DNA of 63,909 bases, counting the filler, from Octopus bimaculoides (Eukaryota), in NCBI RefSeq assembly GCF_001194135.2. It is 7 parts of 7 records of this genome, joined end to end, with 100 filler letters (N's around TTAATTAATTAA, not from the genome) between each part and the next. Parts side by side here need not be neighbours in the genome. Positions count along the whole stretch, not along the records: positions 49,420 to 57,085 come from NC_068987.1; positions 57,186 to 59,307 come from NC_069007.1; positions 59,408 to 62,720 come from NC_068984.1; 4 more parts are not named here. One strand, written 5' to 3'. Below the pieces are notes generated by a model. It had not been told where the DNA came from. It did no database searches and saw only the letters and a program-made list of their open reading frames with translations. Below are positions 49,559 through 62,720 of this stretch, piece by piece (within the stretch, counting starts at the first letter, position 1; the number at the start of each line of letters is the position of its first letter). Position numbers and translations under genes: made by a program.

Positions 49559-51099
49559 TATATATATATATAATTTCAATGTAAATATCTTTAATATAAC
49601 TAATTATCAATGATTACTACAAGCGCACAGTGTACAACACGTCTGATGTCGAAGCGAGTGCAAAGTAACAGGAGATGACGTCTTTTACTCAAGAACACAA
49701 GGCACCGTTTTATTCCGGGAATCAAAAGCACCATCTGGCGATCGTGAGTGCAACACCCTAAAATACATTCCTGACAGAATACGAAAATCCCGAAATAGTT
49801 TTTACCACACCAAGATCATTATCATTTTTCTATGGCTCCTTTTTATCCTTTTCCACCCAGCCTTTCGGAATGCTCTAAGTGATTGTTTAACTGCAAGGAA
49901 TACCAACCAATCACCCTTAAATCACATATTATCTCCTTAAAAAAAGGCAGAAGACGTAACCTACCTGGTCCTTTTATATATACTGAATTAAATATGGTAT
50001 CGTCATGGCTGGGGAGTATTTTGATTATAGGTTCGATTTATCAGATCTGATCTGGACTCAGACGTAGCTGTGCAGATTATAATTCCTTTTTGTTTTCGGT
50101 TTTGAGGGGTTGTTTTTAACTATGAGGTTCAATTCTACTCCGCGATACTTTGGAAACGAGTCTTTTACCATAAGCTTGAGTCAACCAATCTTGTGAGCGA
50201 AATTAGGTTGAGGGAAACTTGGTTGAAGGAGACTGTCCGGAACCTCGTCGGAAGGCCCGTTCGCATTTTAGTGGTCACCGATTTAATTCGTTACCTAATT
50301 TAACACTACCTCTTTGCGGCATTGTGCTTCTGTTGTGTCGACGCCCCCATGCGAAGAAGTAGGATCTCCCAAGACATATAAATAGAGGTAGTCTGGCTGT
50401 GATAGGTGTGTTGTGTAGCGGTTGAGTAGAGATCATCGTAGGTGCTAGATAGCAGTAGCTTTGAGACATAACAGCTTCTTTAGCGGAATCTGCTCTGTTG
50501 GGAGCATTCAAGCCAGATCTCAGGTATAAGGGAAAATTCCTTCCTTTCTCTCACCAGCCTTGGATTCTAAGAAAGAAGACATTGACACCACCCGTCATTA
50601 CAGGGACACTGTAGACACTGCCACTTGCACTTTTAGTTTCCCTTACAGGTAATACCAAGCAAATTCGACCGGAATTCCTCTGCCATAAGCCCTTGATTGA
50701 AGAATCCTTCGTGGCCTCAGTATCAGTCCACTTAACCAGTCCCAGTATTCGATTGGTATTTGGTATTTTGTTTTATCGATCGAAGCAACTAACGGCAAAG
50801 TGGACCACAGCAGTATATGAACTCAGAACTTTAAAAGTTGGAATTAAATACCACAAGGTGTTTTGTTTAACGCTCTAACGCAATGGTTTCCAAGCGTGTT
50901 GTCGTCATACCTTCTTGTATGTTTTATAGCACTTAGGGTATCAAGAGATTTTAAATTGAAATAACTGACAAAAACATGTCAATGCCGGTTTCATATACCG
51001 GTAAGACGGAGAGATTGGATAAGATCACAAAAAAAAACAATGGAAATAATCCGGGGATTATGTTAATTCAAATCCTGTGTTAATTCAAATCCTGCTGGT

Positions 51100-51290
51100 C
51101 TCATGACAGTCCGTTGAAAGAAGAATCAACAGGGGAAGAAAAGTCTAACCTGTGTAGACAGCTTGTTTCAGGACGGTGGAATGGCATATACTGATTAATT
51201 AAAAAACATGCATGGAGGACCTTGGTGGTTGTCCTGCACGTGTGAAATCATTGAAGCGTCTGAGAGGAAGGCCTGACTAAAGCTAAGTAA
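51100..51290 (+). mobile_element. RTE-like LINE extreme 3' end
   Basis: QGKKSLTCVDSLFQDGGM...CMEDL resembles the RTE tail GR...TY.D.L..D.G...MEDR. Confidence 0.45.
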
Positions 51291-52341
51291 ATTTAAGGGC
51301 TTAACAACAACAATGACGACGGCAGGTTGCAAAACAAAAAATATGCTGTAGAAGGTAATAACCAATGACACACAAAGAAGTTGTGCTATGGCAGAGTGCT
51401 CCGCCAGATAATTTAGTAAAAAAATGTGTTATGTATTCAGAGTATCAGTTTACTGTAGTTCTATCACAATCTACAATCAAATCTTCGAACATCAATAATT
51501 TCTCGTTTTCTCCGTCTATGATACCTGAAGTTTTAGAGCAATGGAACAAAGCACTTTCTTTTTCTATATTTCGGAAGCAGTTGAATATAATTTACTTCAA
51601 AACTAACACTTTATCTGTCCACTTTGCAACCATTAGAGACTGTAGAGTGCCTTAAAATCTCTGATTATACAACAAAAATGAATCTATTGTTGTAACGCTA
51701 AGAATTCTAGCGAATGCGCAATGTGAAATCTAAGAGGGTTGTAAATTCTTGTTAATTCTGTCAATTTAAATGTCTGTGAATAAATCTTAAGTGGAAATTC
51801 TTGAAATTATAGAATGACTTGGCGGATTTCATCTCGTAAGTCAAAATTTGGTTAGAATTCTAGAGTTTGTGACGAAAGATAAGATAATGGATTTACGGAG
51901 ATTGAATTTCGAATTCTTAACACATTTCTACGAAACTTTACAAAGTTTGTATCTTCGATAAAGATTTCTTTTCATATCTCGAAATTTTCCTCCAACTGTA
52001 ATATTTGCATATAAAGGATAGTAATCGAGAATAAAATATTGCTTTCAAATTTTGACGCAAAGCCAGCAATTTGGGGATGGGGGTCAGTCGATTACATCGA
52101 CCTCAGTACTCTACTGGTACTTATTTTTTTTCACTCCGAAACGATGAAAGGCAAAGTCGGTCTCAATGGAATTTGAACTCAGAACGTAAATACGGACTNN
52201 NNNNNNNNNNNNNNNNNNNNNNNNNNNNNNNNNNNNNNNNNNNNNNNNNNNNNNNNNNNNNNNNNNNNNNNNNNNNNNNNNNNNNNNNNNNNNNNNNNNN
52301 NNNNNNNNNNNNNNNNNNNNNNNNNNNNNNNNNNNNNNNNN

Positions 52342-52379
<38 letters not shown>

Positions 52380-52903
52380 TGGTTTTCAAAATTCTTTATG
52401 TGAATTCGTGTGTTGAATATTTTGTTGTGTCTGAGGAGAGTCATTCTGTTTTAATGCCTTATTAATTAACACACTCACCAGTTCAGTTTCCACTCATTTA
52501 CTTTTTTTTTAATTTTTGTTGCTTCTTGCAACTTCTTCAATAGTTGTTGGCTCTGTCCGTTATCGGATCTGCGTTCTTCTTGTTTGTTTGTTTGTTTGTT
52601 TGTTTGTTTGTTTCTGCGGATGTGTGTGCCTCAGTGTGCATGTATATACACATATGTACGTATGTATGCCTGTATGTCTGTATGTGTGTATGCATATATA
52701 TGTATGCGTGTATGTACTTTTGTATGTATTCTACATATTCATGTGTTTGTGTGTTCATGTCTGTATGTGTGTGTATGTGTGTGCATGTACATCTCTCTCT
52801 CTCTCTCCTTGTGTCTGCATGTTCGATTGTGTTCATGTGTATGGGTTTGTGTCACTATTTACATGCGTCTTTGTTATGTATGGATGTGTGTCCCAATGTG
52901 TGC

Positions 52904-52947
<44 letters not shown>

Positions 52948-53087
52948 AGTGTGCGTGTGTATATATGGTCATGTGTTTCCGTCTGCTTTTCTGCATGTGT
53001 GTGTGTTTGTCTGTCCGTACGTATAACCTATGTACCTGTCTATCTACTTATCTATCATATCTGTTTAACTACATATTCATTTACCTA

Positions 53088-53130
<43 letters not shown>

Positions 53131-53229
53131 GCCTACATAACAGCCTACAAACAAATCTACTTGTGTATGCATAAACTGTAGGTATTAGGATATCACTATC
53201 TTCTACATGTATCTCCTATTTTGTACGAG

Positions 53230-53745
53230 AGATGTTTCATTTATGAGGACGCACTCCTCATCTGAGTGTTGGGTTCTTCGGGTGTTTGGATAATATGTTG
53301 GTGTCAAGTCGACCCAGTGTGCATCCATGTTGGTCTCTGGCATGTTGGTAGAGTATGGAGGATTGTATTTTGTCATCATATTGTCTCAAAGGCTTAATTA
53401 ATCTCTCCACAATGTTTCTAGATGTCTCACCAATGTATGTCATGCTCTTGTCTTCTATGCACCTCTATGCACCTTATGCTGTAGGCTATATTTTTAGTTT
53501 TACAGTTAATGTCAGGGGTAATCTTACATACCACCCGCCGCCCTCCTTCAATAGCACAGGCAAGGAAATTTTCCTTTCCCTTATGGCTGCGGCGAAAGAG
53601 GTTGTTTAGTGGACAAAGCTGAAAGGCATGAGGACAGATACTTTTCTCTTTGGTAGAGCTCTCATTGACTTCTTTTCACTTGAAAAGAAAATTGAAAGTG
53701 GAGAGGGAAGTGCTGTCCTCCTTGTGAGTTTTTTGAAAGGTGGGT
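53230..53745 (-). mobile_element. Penelope-like GIY-YIG endonuclease fragment
   Basis: NIAYSIRC...MTYIGETSRNIVERL...SSILYQHARDQH, the GIY-YIG signature of Penelope-like elements. Confidence 0.85.
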
Positions 53746-54513
53746 GNNNNNNNNNNNNNNNNNNNNNNNNNNNNNNNNNNNNNNNNNNNNNNNNNNNNNN
53801 NNNNNNNNNNNNNNNNNNNNNNNNNNNNNNNNNNNNNNNNNNNNNNNNNNNNNNNNNNNNNNNNNNNNNNNNNNNNNNNNNNNNNNNNNNNNNNNNNNNN
53901 NNNNNNNNNNNNNNNNNNNNNNNNNNNNNNNNNNNNNNNNNNNNNNNNNNNNNNNNNNNNNNNNNNNNNNNNNNNNNNNNNNNNNNNNNNNNNNNNNNNN
54001 NNNNNNNNNNNNNNNNNNNNNNNNNNNNNNNNNNNNNNNNNNNNNNNNNNNNNNNNNNNNNNNNNNNNNNNNNNNNNNNNNNNNNNNNNNNNNNNNNNNN
54101 NNNNNNNNNNNNNNNNNNNNNNNNNNNNNNNNNNNNNNNNNNNNNNNNNNNNNNNNNNNNNNNNNNNNNNNNNNNNNNNNNNNNNNNNNNNNNNNNNNNN
54201 NNNNNNNNNNNNNNNNNNNNNNNNNNNNNNNNNNNNNNNNNNNNNNNNNNNNNNNNNNNNNNNNNNNNNNNNNNNNNNNNNNNNNNNNNNNNNNNNNNNN
54301 NNNNNNNNNNNNNNNNNNNNNNNNNNNNNNNNNNNNNNNNNNNNNNNNNNNNNNNNNNNNNNNNNNNNNNNNNNNNNNNNNNNNNNNNNNNNNNNNNNNN
54401 NNNNNNNNNNNNNNNNNNNNNNNNNNNNNNNNNNNNNNNNNNNNNNNNNNNNNNNNNTTTATCTACTTAACTCCCTCCCCAAAATATCAGGCCTTGTGCC
54501 TATAGTAGAAAGG

Positions 54514-54574
<61 letters not shown>

Positions 54575-54639
54575 TTATTTATTATTTTTATCTGCATGTT
54601 TGTCACAATCACTTGCCGGAACACACCCAGCGTCCTAGG

Positions 54640-55000
54640 GCGAGTGAAGGATAAGAGATGTTACAGTATGACTGAACGCTTGTGGATGGGGATTGGAACG
54701 CTGTCTTAGATGGACATTTCGATTGCGTGGGAGTATCTGATACGAGAGGAGGAGTAAAAGCCTCAAAAACCTGCTCAGACGTTTTTAACTCTGACTGGTA
54801 CCGATTAGATAAACCGAATGTGCCAATGTGGACTTGGACAAATCGCATCGGATCATCCAGATCGTATTTAGATAGAGTATTCTGTAGGTCAGCGGATAGG
54901 GATAGTATAGGCTGTCCACAATTTCATATAGTCAACTAGACAGACCACAAATTCGTGATCTATACAGTCCACTTAGATAGGCTTCGTAGACAGATTGTAT
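54640..55000 (+). mobile_element. L1/Tx1-type LINE AP-endonuclease fragment
   Basis: GDWNAVLD, DWYRLDKPNVPMWTWTN, SRSYLDRVF, TDHK; cf. GDFN, D.WR..P..FTW, SRIDR, SDH. Confidence 0.85.
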
Positions 55001-55718
55001 CGCGCAGGAAGAGTATAGGAAAATCAGAGAATCGAAACTGCTTACTTTGACGAGAAAGCAACTTATATAGGAAGTGCCATTGCACAATCTGCGTGTTAAA
55101 GATATATATGTATGTATATTTGTGTGTGTGTGTGTGTGTGAGAGCGTACGTGCGTACGTACGCATGTATGTAAGTATGTATATATGTATGTATTACGTAT
55201 GTATGTATGTATGTATGTATGTATGTATGTTTACTTTATTAACCACTAAGTATTCACAAAGTAACATTGGGGACGCTGCTGGGACTGCAGGAAAGAGCGT
55301 GTAAAAAGTAGAACAGAAACAGTGAAACAATGAATTCCAAACAATAATTCCCAAAAAGTGGAAGACTTCCGAGGTCTACTAGAATAAAGCCCAATCAAAC
55401 CACGGTCATACTGACCCCTAAAACAAGTACCTTCTCACCGTTATTCTCCTTCAACTTACAGATGCGTGCTCAGAGTAGATCTGTTCAATCGGATCATGCT
55501 GGTCACTCAAATCCACCTTTCAATACATTTGCTAGGAAGTAGTACCTCCTTCTCTCTGCCCTCACTTTCCTAACATTCCGCCAAATCACTTACCTGACTG
55601 GTCGTCCTTGTTTATCGACTCCAAAAGAATGAAAGACAACGATGAATTTGGAGGAATTTGAACAGAAAGCATTGAGATCCGAAACGACTACCGCCCGTAA
55701 TTCTATCTGACACTCTAA

Positions 55719-56378
55719 CGACTGCACCAATTCACTGCTCTCAATCAAATGTCCATCATTTTAAATGTTCGATGCGTATTTACTAAAGGCTCTTTTGACC
55801 ATCGCAATGCATATGGTGCATGCATGTTATCTCTAACTGAGAAATTGCTTGGCAGACAATTAAGAGTTGCAGTAAACCCTTTTTATGAGGTTGTACAAGT
55901 GGTTCATTACAAGAATAATAGAATGAAATTTCCTGCAGATGCACGTTATCTGATTCATGCTGGCAGAAACACTACCTGGATTAATTTTAAATAGGAAAAA
56001 CCTCAGTTAGCATCAATTGAACAAATAGCTCTTAAATATCCTTCCTTAACCACATCTGCTAATCATGATAATGTTATCAATAGGCCAACATCACAATCTT
56101 GCTTCTCCGTCTCCTATAAAGCAGCCACTTGGTCATATGATCCATCTAGTAGTGCTTCTAAATGGTCGCCATCATCTCCAGTTTCTTCAACATCTACTGC
56201 TACCAATACTCACTCTACACCATCCTCACATCACCCAACCATATTGCAAACACTACTAAATCACGCTAATCTTCACAGCTATGTAATAAGTTGCACAACA
56301 CCACACGTAAGAGCTGCAGAATTCCAAAAGGAATTTCGAAGTCACAAACGTATAATGCCTAATTTAGTTTACTTTTAG
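55719..56378 (+). pseudogene. ~220-codon frame with one in-frame TAG; possible LINE ORF1 remnant or unidentified pseudogene
   Basis: Frame open 55719-55991 and 55995-56375; Ser/Thr/Pro-rich second half; no confident homology. Confidence 0.4.
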
Positions 56379-56626
56379 TTTGTTGGTGTAAAGTTATCTT
56401 TAATGTATTCTATTATTAACGTGGGAACATATCCGGTTAACATCAGCACATTGAATCTACCGGTCTCAATTATTTTAAGTATACTACTGTTCTTACATGC
56501 CATTTTCGATGGGTGTGTAGTGCAAACCTAACACACCCGAAATATACGCCCCTAGTCTGTATGTATGTATGTATGTATGTATGTATGTATGTATGTATGT
56601 ATGTATGTACGTATGTATGTATGTAT

Positions 56627-57046
56627 CAGGACGTGCCGCATAGGTAGGAGAGGTAGGCAATACCTACCCAGCATGAAATAGATTGATAGTAACATTTTTC
56701 TTTTATAGCAAAACATGTACCTAATTCAATAAAATTATGAAGGTTATTGTGATTATTATGCATAAAATGCAAAATATTTCGGGGTTTTTTGTAGATTAGG
56801 TAGGCATAATTCGCCCCTGCCTTTGAATCTCAATATTATAACTACGCATAGTACTGTTGTAGTACACGTGCTGCGTACATTCCTACAACAACGTTTTCTT
56901 TACGCGCTATAAAGGCAGAAGTAATTCTGCCACCATCTCAGTCGCGTCCCTGTATTTCGCTTTTTGTGTGTGTGTGTGTGTGTGTGTTTTACTACATAAA
57001 CGTCACCAACTGCCTACCCTGAGTGATTACGCACGGCACATGCCTG
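56627..57046. mobile_element. hAT-type MITE inserted in a (TATG)n tract
   Basis: Imperfect TIRs CAGGACGTGCCG / CGGCACATGCCTG with subterminal GGTAGGCA / TGCCTACC; 8-bp flanks GTATGTAT on both sides. Confidence 0.75.
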
Positions 57047-57085
57047 GTATGTATGCATGGATCTATGTATGTATATGTATATATA

Positions 57086-57185
57086 NNNNNNNNNNNNNNN
57101 NNNNNNNNNNNNNNNNNNNNNNNNNNNNNTTAATTAATTAANNNNNNNNNNNNNNNNNNNNNNNNNNNNNNNNNNNNNNNNNNNN
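57086..57185. other. Assembly spacer N44-TTAATTAATTAA-N44
   Basis: Same 100-bp structure. Confidence 0.95.
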
Positions 57186-57347
57186 GTGAAAGAGTACAGC
57201 AGAGTTCGCCACCATCCCCTGCCGGAGCCTCGTGGAGCTTTTAGGTGTTTTCGCTCAATAAACACTCACAACGCCCGGACTGGGAATCGAAACCGCGATC
57301 CTATGACCGCGAGTCCGCTGCCCTAACCACTGGGCCATTGCGCCTCC
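57186..57347 (-). mobile_element. tRNA-derived SINE, well-preserved 5' part
   Basis: GGAGGCGCAATGGCCCAGTGGTTAGGG...GGTTTCGATTCCCAG (A/B boxes, CpGs intact) runs directly into a non-tRNA body. Confidence 0.85.
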
Positions 57348-57769
57348 AACGATGCAATGACACCAGATGCAACGCACAGTGCATAGAAGACCCCTCAGGT
57401 GGGATAAGGTTTTAAGCTGGGAGATTTACATTTGAGTTTCGCTGTATTGAGAGATTTTAACAGTCAGACAGATGCACAGACAAACAGACACATACATTCT
57501 TATGTTTAAGTCAATGCAAAGACATACAGACGCACACGTTAATAATTATACTCATGGGTACACATCAGCACACAGCACATCAACCCCAGTGTTCAAATGG
57601 TTCTTAGTTTATCGACCATGAAAAGATGAAAGGTCAAATCAAGCTCAGCAGAACTTGAACTCAGAACATAGCGACAGGTGAAATCCTGCTAAGCATTTCA
57701 CCCAACATGCTAACAATTCTGTCAGCTCACTGCCTTATATGATAATAATAATAATAATAATAATAACAA

Positions 57770-58409
57770 TAAATCATATTATCTCTGGCTGTCCAGTCTT
57801 GGCTAAAAGAGGAATATATTCACAGACACAACAGAGCTGGGACCTATATACACTGGAAGCTATGCCAACACTATGGAATAACAACAGGAAAAAGATGGTA
57901 TAAACACACGCCAGAAAAGGTCACAGAAAACGAGAAAGAAACCATACTCTGGGATATGCCAATACACACAGATAGAGAAATTAAGGCCATTATGCCAGAT
58001 ATAGTTGTCAAAGATCATGAAGCAAAAAAATGCTTTCTAATTGATGTATCAATACCAGCAGATGACAATGTTTTCCTAAAAGAAATGGAAAAACTTTCAA
58101 GATACAAAGACCTGGAAATAGAGGTAACTCGAATGTGGAATCTAAAAACAGAAACAATTCCTATCATAGTAGGTGCCTTAGGTATGATAAAAAGATATTC
58201 AGACAAATACATAACAAAAACACCAGGACTAACAAATATATATAACATACAGAAAATTGCACTACTGGGTACTGCACACATCCTACGCAAAACACTTTCA
58301 ATACAGTAACCATAAGAGCACGACAGCAAACCACAGCACATACCCAAGGCACACAGAGCTGTGCTCGGTAGTGAAATGAAAGCACGTTATAAAAATAAAA
58401 CTACTGAAT
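57770..58409 (+). mobile_element. R4/Dong-type non-LTR retrotransposon, 5'-truncated (RLE domain, 3' UTR, (TAA)n tail)
   Basis: HIISGCPVLA; HRHN; ILWDMPIHTDREIKAIMPDIVVKD...LIDVSIP...EKLSRYKDL...PIIVGALG...LLGTAHILRK*: restriction-like endonuclease (PD..D/E). Flanked by (TAA)n on both sides. Confidence 0.92.
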
Positions 58410-59185
58410 AATAATAATAATAATAACAATAATGATTTCTTTTATTTGCCACCAGGGCAAAGGATGAAGGTAACAATAGAAAGACACACGCAAAGTGTGG
58501 GGGATTTGCATATAATGGAATGGTTAAAAAAAAAAAAAGAAAACTATACACAGTATACATTAAAAGAAGGAAAGTATACATGGTATACAACACTAAAAAT
58601 AAAGTAATGAAAACAACAACAATAACAATAATAATAATAATAATAAATTGCGCTTCTGTCATTTGCCAAGAGTAGCCCATAAATACTTTTAGTGTTAATC
58701 GTAATCCAGGAGAACAGTGACCAGGTTATTATACCTGGAGTTTCCCTTTCACTGCTTGTGAATGTTATTTTTTTTATGACATGGAGTCAGGCAACCAGGT
58801 AAGGCAGGTATATCATGCAGGTATGGAAGGCAGGTATTGGAAATGATGGGTGATGAGGGTGGTGCCGGCGCTGGTTGTCTCATTTTGGGAAATGGAACGA
58901 AAAGGGAATGGTTAAGTTCTGGTTCAAGGGATTTTCATTCAATTTGGTTTGATTTGATTTGGGCGGTGGAGTGGGGGAGGAGAGAAAGAAAAGGAAAACA
59001 TGCTTGTGTATAGTTTATATNNNNNNNNNNTATGATGTGATGATCTGAAGTGTTGGTGATGATGATGCTGACGATGACAATATGATGAGGTAAGATTTAT
59101 TACTGCGACAACAATTCTGGGGATGGTGGTGGTGGCGGTAGCAGTGGTGTGCATGAGTTGGTATGGTAACAGCAATATGTATCTA

Positions 59186-59257
<72 letters not shown>

Positions 59258-59307
59258 CCTTTCTCTCTTGCTTTCTTTCTTTGCTTCGCACTAGTTACCT
59301 GTGTATG

Positions 59308-59407
59308 NNNNNNNNNNNNNNNNNNNNNNNNNNNNNNNNNNNNNNNNNNNNTTAATTAATTAANNNNNNNNNNNNNNNNNNNNNNNNNNNNNNNNNNNNN
59401 NNNNNNN
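59308..59407. other. Assembly spacer N44-TTAATTAATTAA-N44
   Basis: Same 100-bp structure. Confidence 0.95.
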
Positions 59408-59456
<49 letters not shown>

Positions 59457-60036
59457 ATGTATGTATGTATGTATTGTGTGTGCCTTTGTTTTTGGATATG
59501 TTTTTCCTTCACCACCGCTGGATAACCGGTGATTGTTTGTTTACGATCCTGTAGCCTAGTGGTTCAGCAAAATAGACCTATAGAATAAGCACTGGACACA
59601 ATTTACTCAAGATAAAAGATTGACGGTGGAGAGGGAGCGAGTGTCTGGTGTGCACCAATGTTACTGAGATGCGGAACTGTAGTTGGCCCGTATTAGCGTT
59701 GGGTATGTAACACTGTTTGTGTATGTGTGTATTTTGAATATGTATATATGTGTTTGTGCGTATTTTGAATGTGTATATATATAGTGTTTGTGTGTGCGTA
59801 TGTATTTGTGTGTGTGTGTTTGTTTTGTTAAGAGGCCAGGGGAGTATCAGATATAAATGTGTGTGGTAGATAGGAATTGATGTGACAGTGTATAACGTAA
59901 CGCGGGTTTCTAACATAGCTAGTTATAACAGACGTGTGTGTCTGCTTATGTTTGCGTGTTCGTTCGCGCATGCGCGGGTATGCGTGCGTGTGTTTCAACC
60001 AATGACAGTTTGCCATCATTTGATGATAATGTTTAC

Positions 60037-60054
60037 CTGCGTAAAATATCCTGC
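60037..60054 (-). CDS. Candidate 18-nt frame-preserving microexon
   Basis: Acceptor gtttctctacgtttgcaccctctgtAG; exon GCAGGATATTTTACGCAG; donor CAG|GTAAAC. Confidence 0.25.
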
Positions 60055-60586
60055 CTACAGAGGGTGCAAACGTAGAGAAACACCAACGTAATGCAAATGA
60101 AAGCATAAAATTCCTCCTCTACTACATCTATCCAATCACTCTCTTTCTCTCTTTCTCTCTCTCCTTCTTTCTGTGTACGTGTGTGTATGTATCTTCATGT
60201 ATGTGATCATGTGTGTGCGTGTGTATGTGTGTGTGGGCCTCTCTGTATGTGTGTGTATATATGTATGTGAATAGGCTTGTATTACGTACATGGCCGTGAG
60301 TGTGCCTTGTATATTAAATTTGACCAGAATCGTAAAATAAAAACAGTACATATTTATGTTTGAAAACATACTCACGCACACACAGACTCATATGCATACC
60401 TGCGTGGATATGTGCGTTTATATGTTGATATATACGTATATTGTACGAATACACACGCACACACACAAACACACATACACACACACACACACACACCCAT
60501 TACGTATGATCAATACGTAATATGTATGTCTCCACAAAAATTAGTTCTGCATCCAGTTAAACAAACACATATTCTCACTCACCACA

Positions 60587-60660
<74 letters not shown>

Positions 60661-62688
60661 TACACAGATACACACATTTCTTACTCCTCTCTATCTGTCT
60701 CTGTCTCTGTCTCTCTGTCTCTCTCTCTCTCTCNNNNNNNNNNNNNNNNNNNNNNNNNNNNNNNNNNNNNNNNNNNNNNNNNNNNNNNNNNNNNNNNNNN
60801 NNNNNNNNNNNNNNNNNNNNNNNNNNNNNNNNNNNNNNNNNNNNNNNNNNNNNNNNNNNNNNNNNNNNNNNNNNNNNNNNNNNNNNNNNNNNNNNNNNNN
60901 NNNNNNNNNNNNNNNNNNNNNNNNNNNNNNNNNNNNNNNNNNNNNNNNNNNNNNNNNNNNNNNNNNNNNNNNNNNNNNNNNNNNNNNNNNNNNNNNNNNN
61001 NNNNNNNNNNNNNNNNNNNNNNNNNNNNNNNNNNNNNNNNNNNNNNNNNNNNNNNNNNNNNNNNNNNNNNNNNNNNNNNNNNNNNNNNNNNNNNNNNNNN
61101 NNNNNNNNNNNNNNNNNNNNNNNNNNNNNNNNNNNNNNNNNNNNNNNNNNNNNNNNNNNNNNNNNNNNNNNNNNNNNNNNNNNNNNNNNNNNNNNNNNNN
61201 NNNNNNNNNNNNNNNNNNNNNNNNNNNNNNNNNNNNNNNNNNNNNNNNNNNNNNNNNNNNNNNNNNNNNNNNNNNNNNNNNNNNNNNNNNNNNNNNNNNN
61301 NNNNNNNNNNNNNNNNNNNNNNNNNNNNNNNNNNNNNNNNNNNNNNNNNNNNNNNNNNNNNNNNNNNNNNNNNNNNNNNNNNNNNNNNNNNNNNNNNNNN
61401 NNNNNNNNNNNNNNNNNNNNNNNNNNNNNNNNNNNNNNNNNNNNNNNNNNNNNNNNNNNNNNNNNNNNNNNNNNNNNNNNNNNNNNNNNNNNNNNNNNNN
61501 NNNNNNNNNNNNNNNNNNNNNNNNNNNNNNNNNNNNNNNNNNNNNNNNNNNNNNNNNNNNNNNNNNNNNNNNNNNNNNNNNNNNNNNNNNNNNNNNNNNN
61601 NNNNNNNNNNNNNNNNNNNNNNNNNNNNNNNNNNNNNNNNNNNNNNNNNNNNNNNNNNNNNNNNNNNNNNNNNNNNNNNNNNNNNNNNNNNNNNNNNNNN
61701 NNNNNNNNNNNNNNNNNNNNNATATATATATATATATGTATATATATACATATATACATATATACATACATATACATATATACATATATATATATATGTA
61801 TACATATATATACATATATATATATACATATTTATATATATACACACATATATATACACATGCAGATATATGCATAAATATACTTACATACTGAAACGCA
61901 CGCACTAACATACATACATACACGTATATATATGTATATGTATACATACATACTAATATACAGATATGTTGTTTTATGTATATATATATATATATATGTG
62001 TATGTATATATGTGCATATATACATACATACAGACATTCATACATATACATATATATATATATATATTATATCTATATGCATATTTATAGGAAAAATTTA
62101 GTTTTCACTAATTGTGACTGAAGGTGTGCTGAATAGTACGTATATTGCAAGAAATAAGAGTTAAAACCCTTCTATATATTTATACACAAACACACACACA
62201 CACAGACTCACTCACACAGACACACAAAATCGCGCGCGCACATACGTACCTCTGTGTGCTTAAATGTTTGAGTATTTGAGTGTGTGAATGAGTATTTCCG
62301 ATATACATATACGTTTGCCAATGTATATATAGATACTCATATATATATATATATTTATATGTATATGTATATTATAGATGTGTGTATGTGTATGATAATG
62401 CTTATCATATTGTGATAACACAAGAGAACTCACTCCTGCTATAAACAAAGTAATTAAGTTAGTTGATCGTCCATTATTGAACTGTTTCACCAGTAGAATG
62501 TTCGAACGGTAGACGTGGTTCTCTTTAAGTTCCCGGGTTTAAAGTGCGGATGCTTGGTGATATAAACAGAAGCTTGCAAGGGAAATAACTTCTAGATTTT
62601 CTAGCGAAGTAGCTTATCTTGTGCATGGCATATGATTTATATCTAATGATGTTAGTGTGCAAGGGAGATAAATTCTTCTTAAGGATGA

Positions 62689-62720
<32 letters not shown>

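Noticed and set aside
50270-50700. Decayed LINE AP-endonuclease on the minus strand (CYLAP, YVLGDP)
   Set aside because: Only two weak motif look-alikes in different frames.
58796-58836. Four clustered CAGGTA donor-like motifs
   Set aside because: Looks like a short degenerate tandem repeat; no upstream acceptor or open exon pairs with them.
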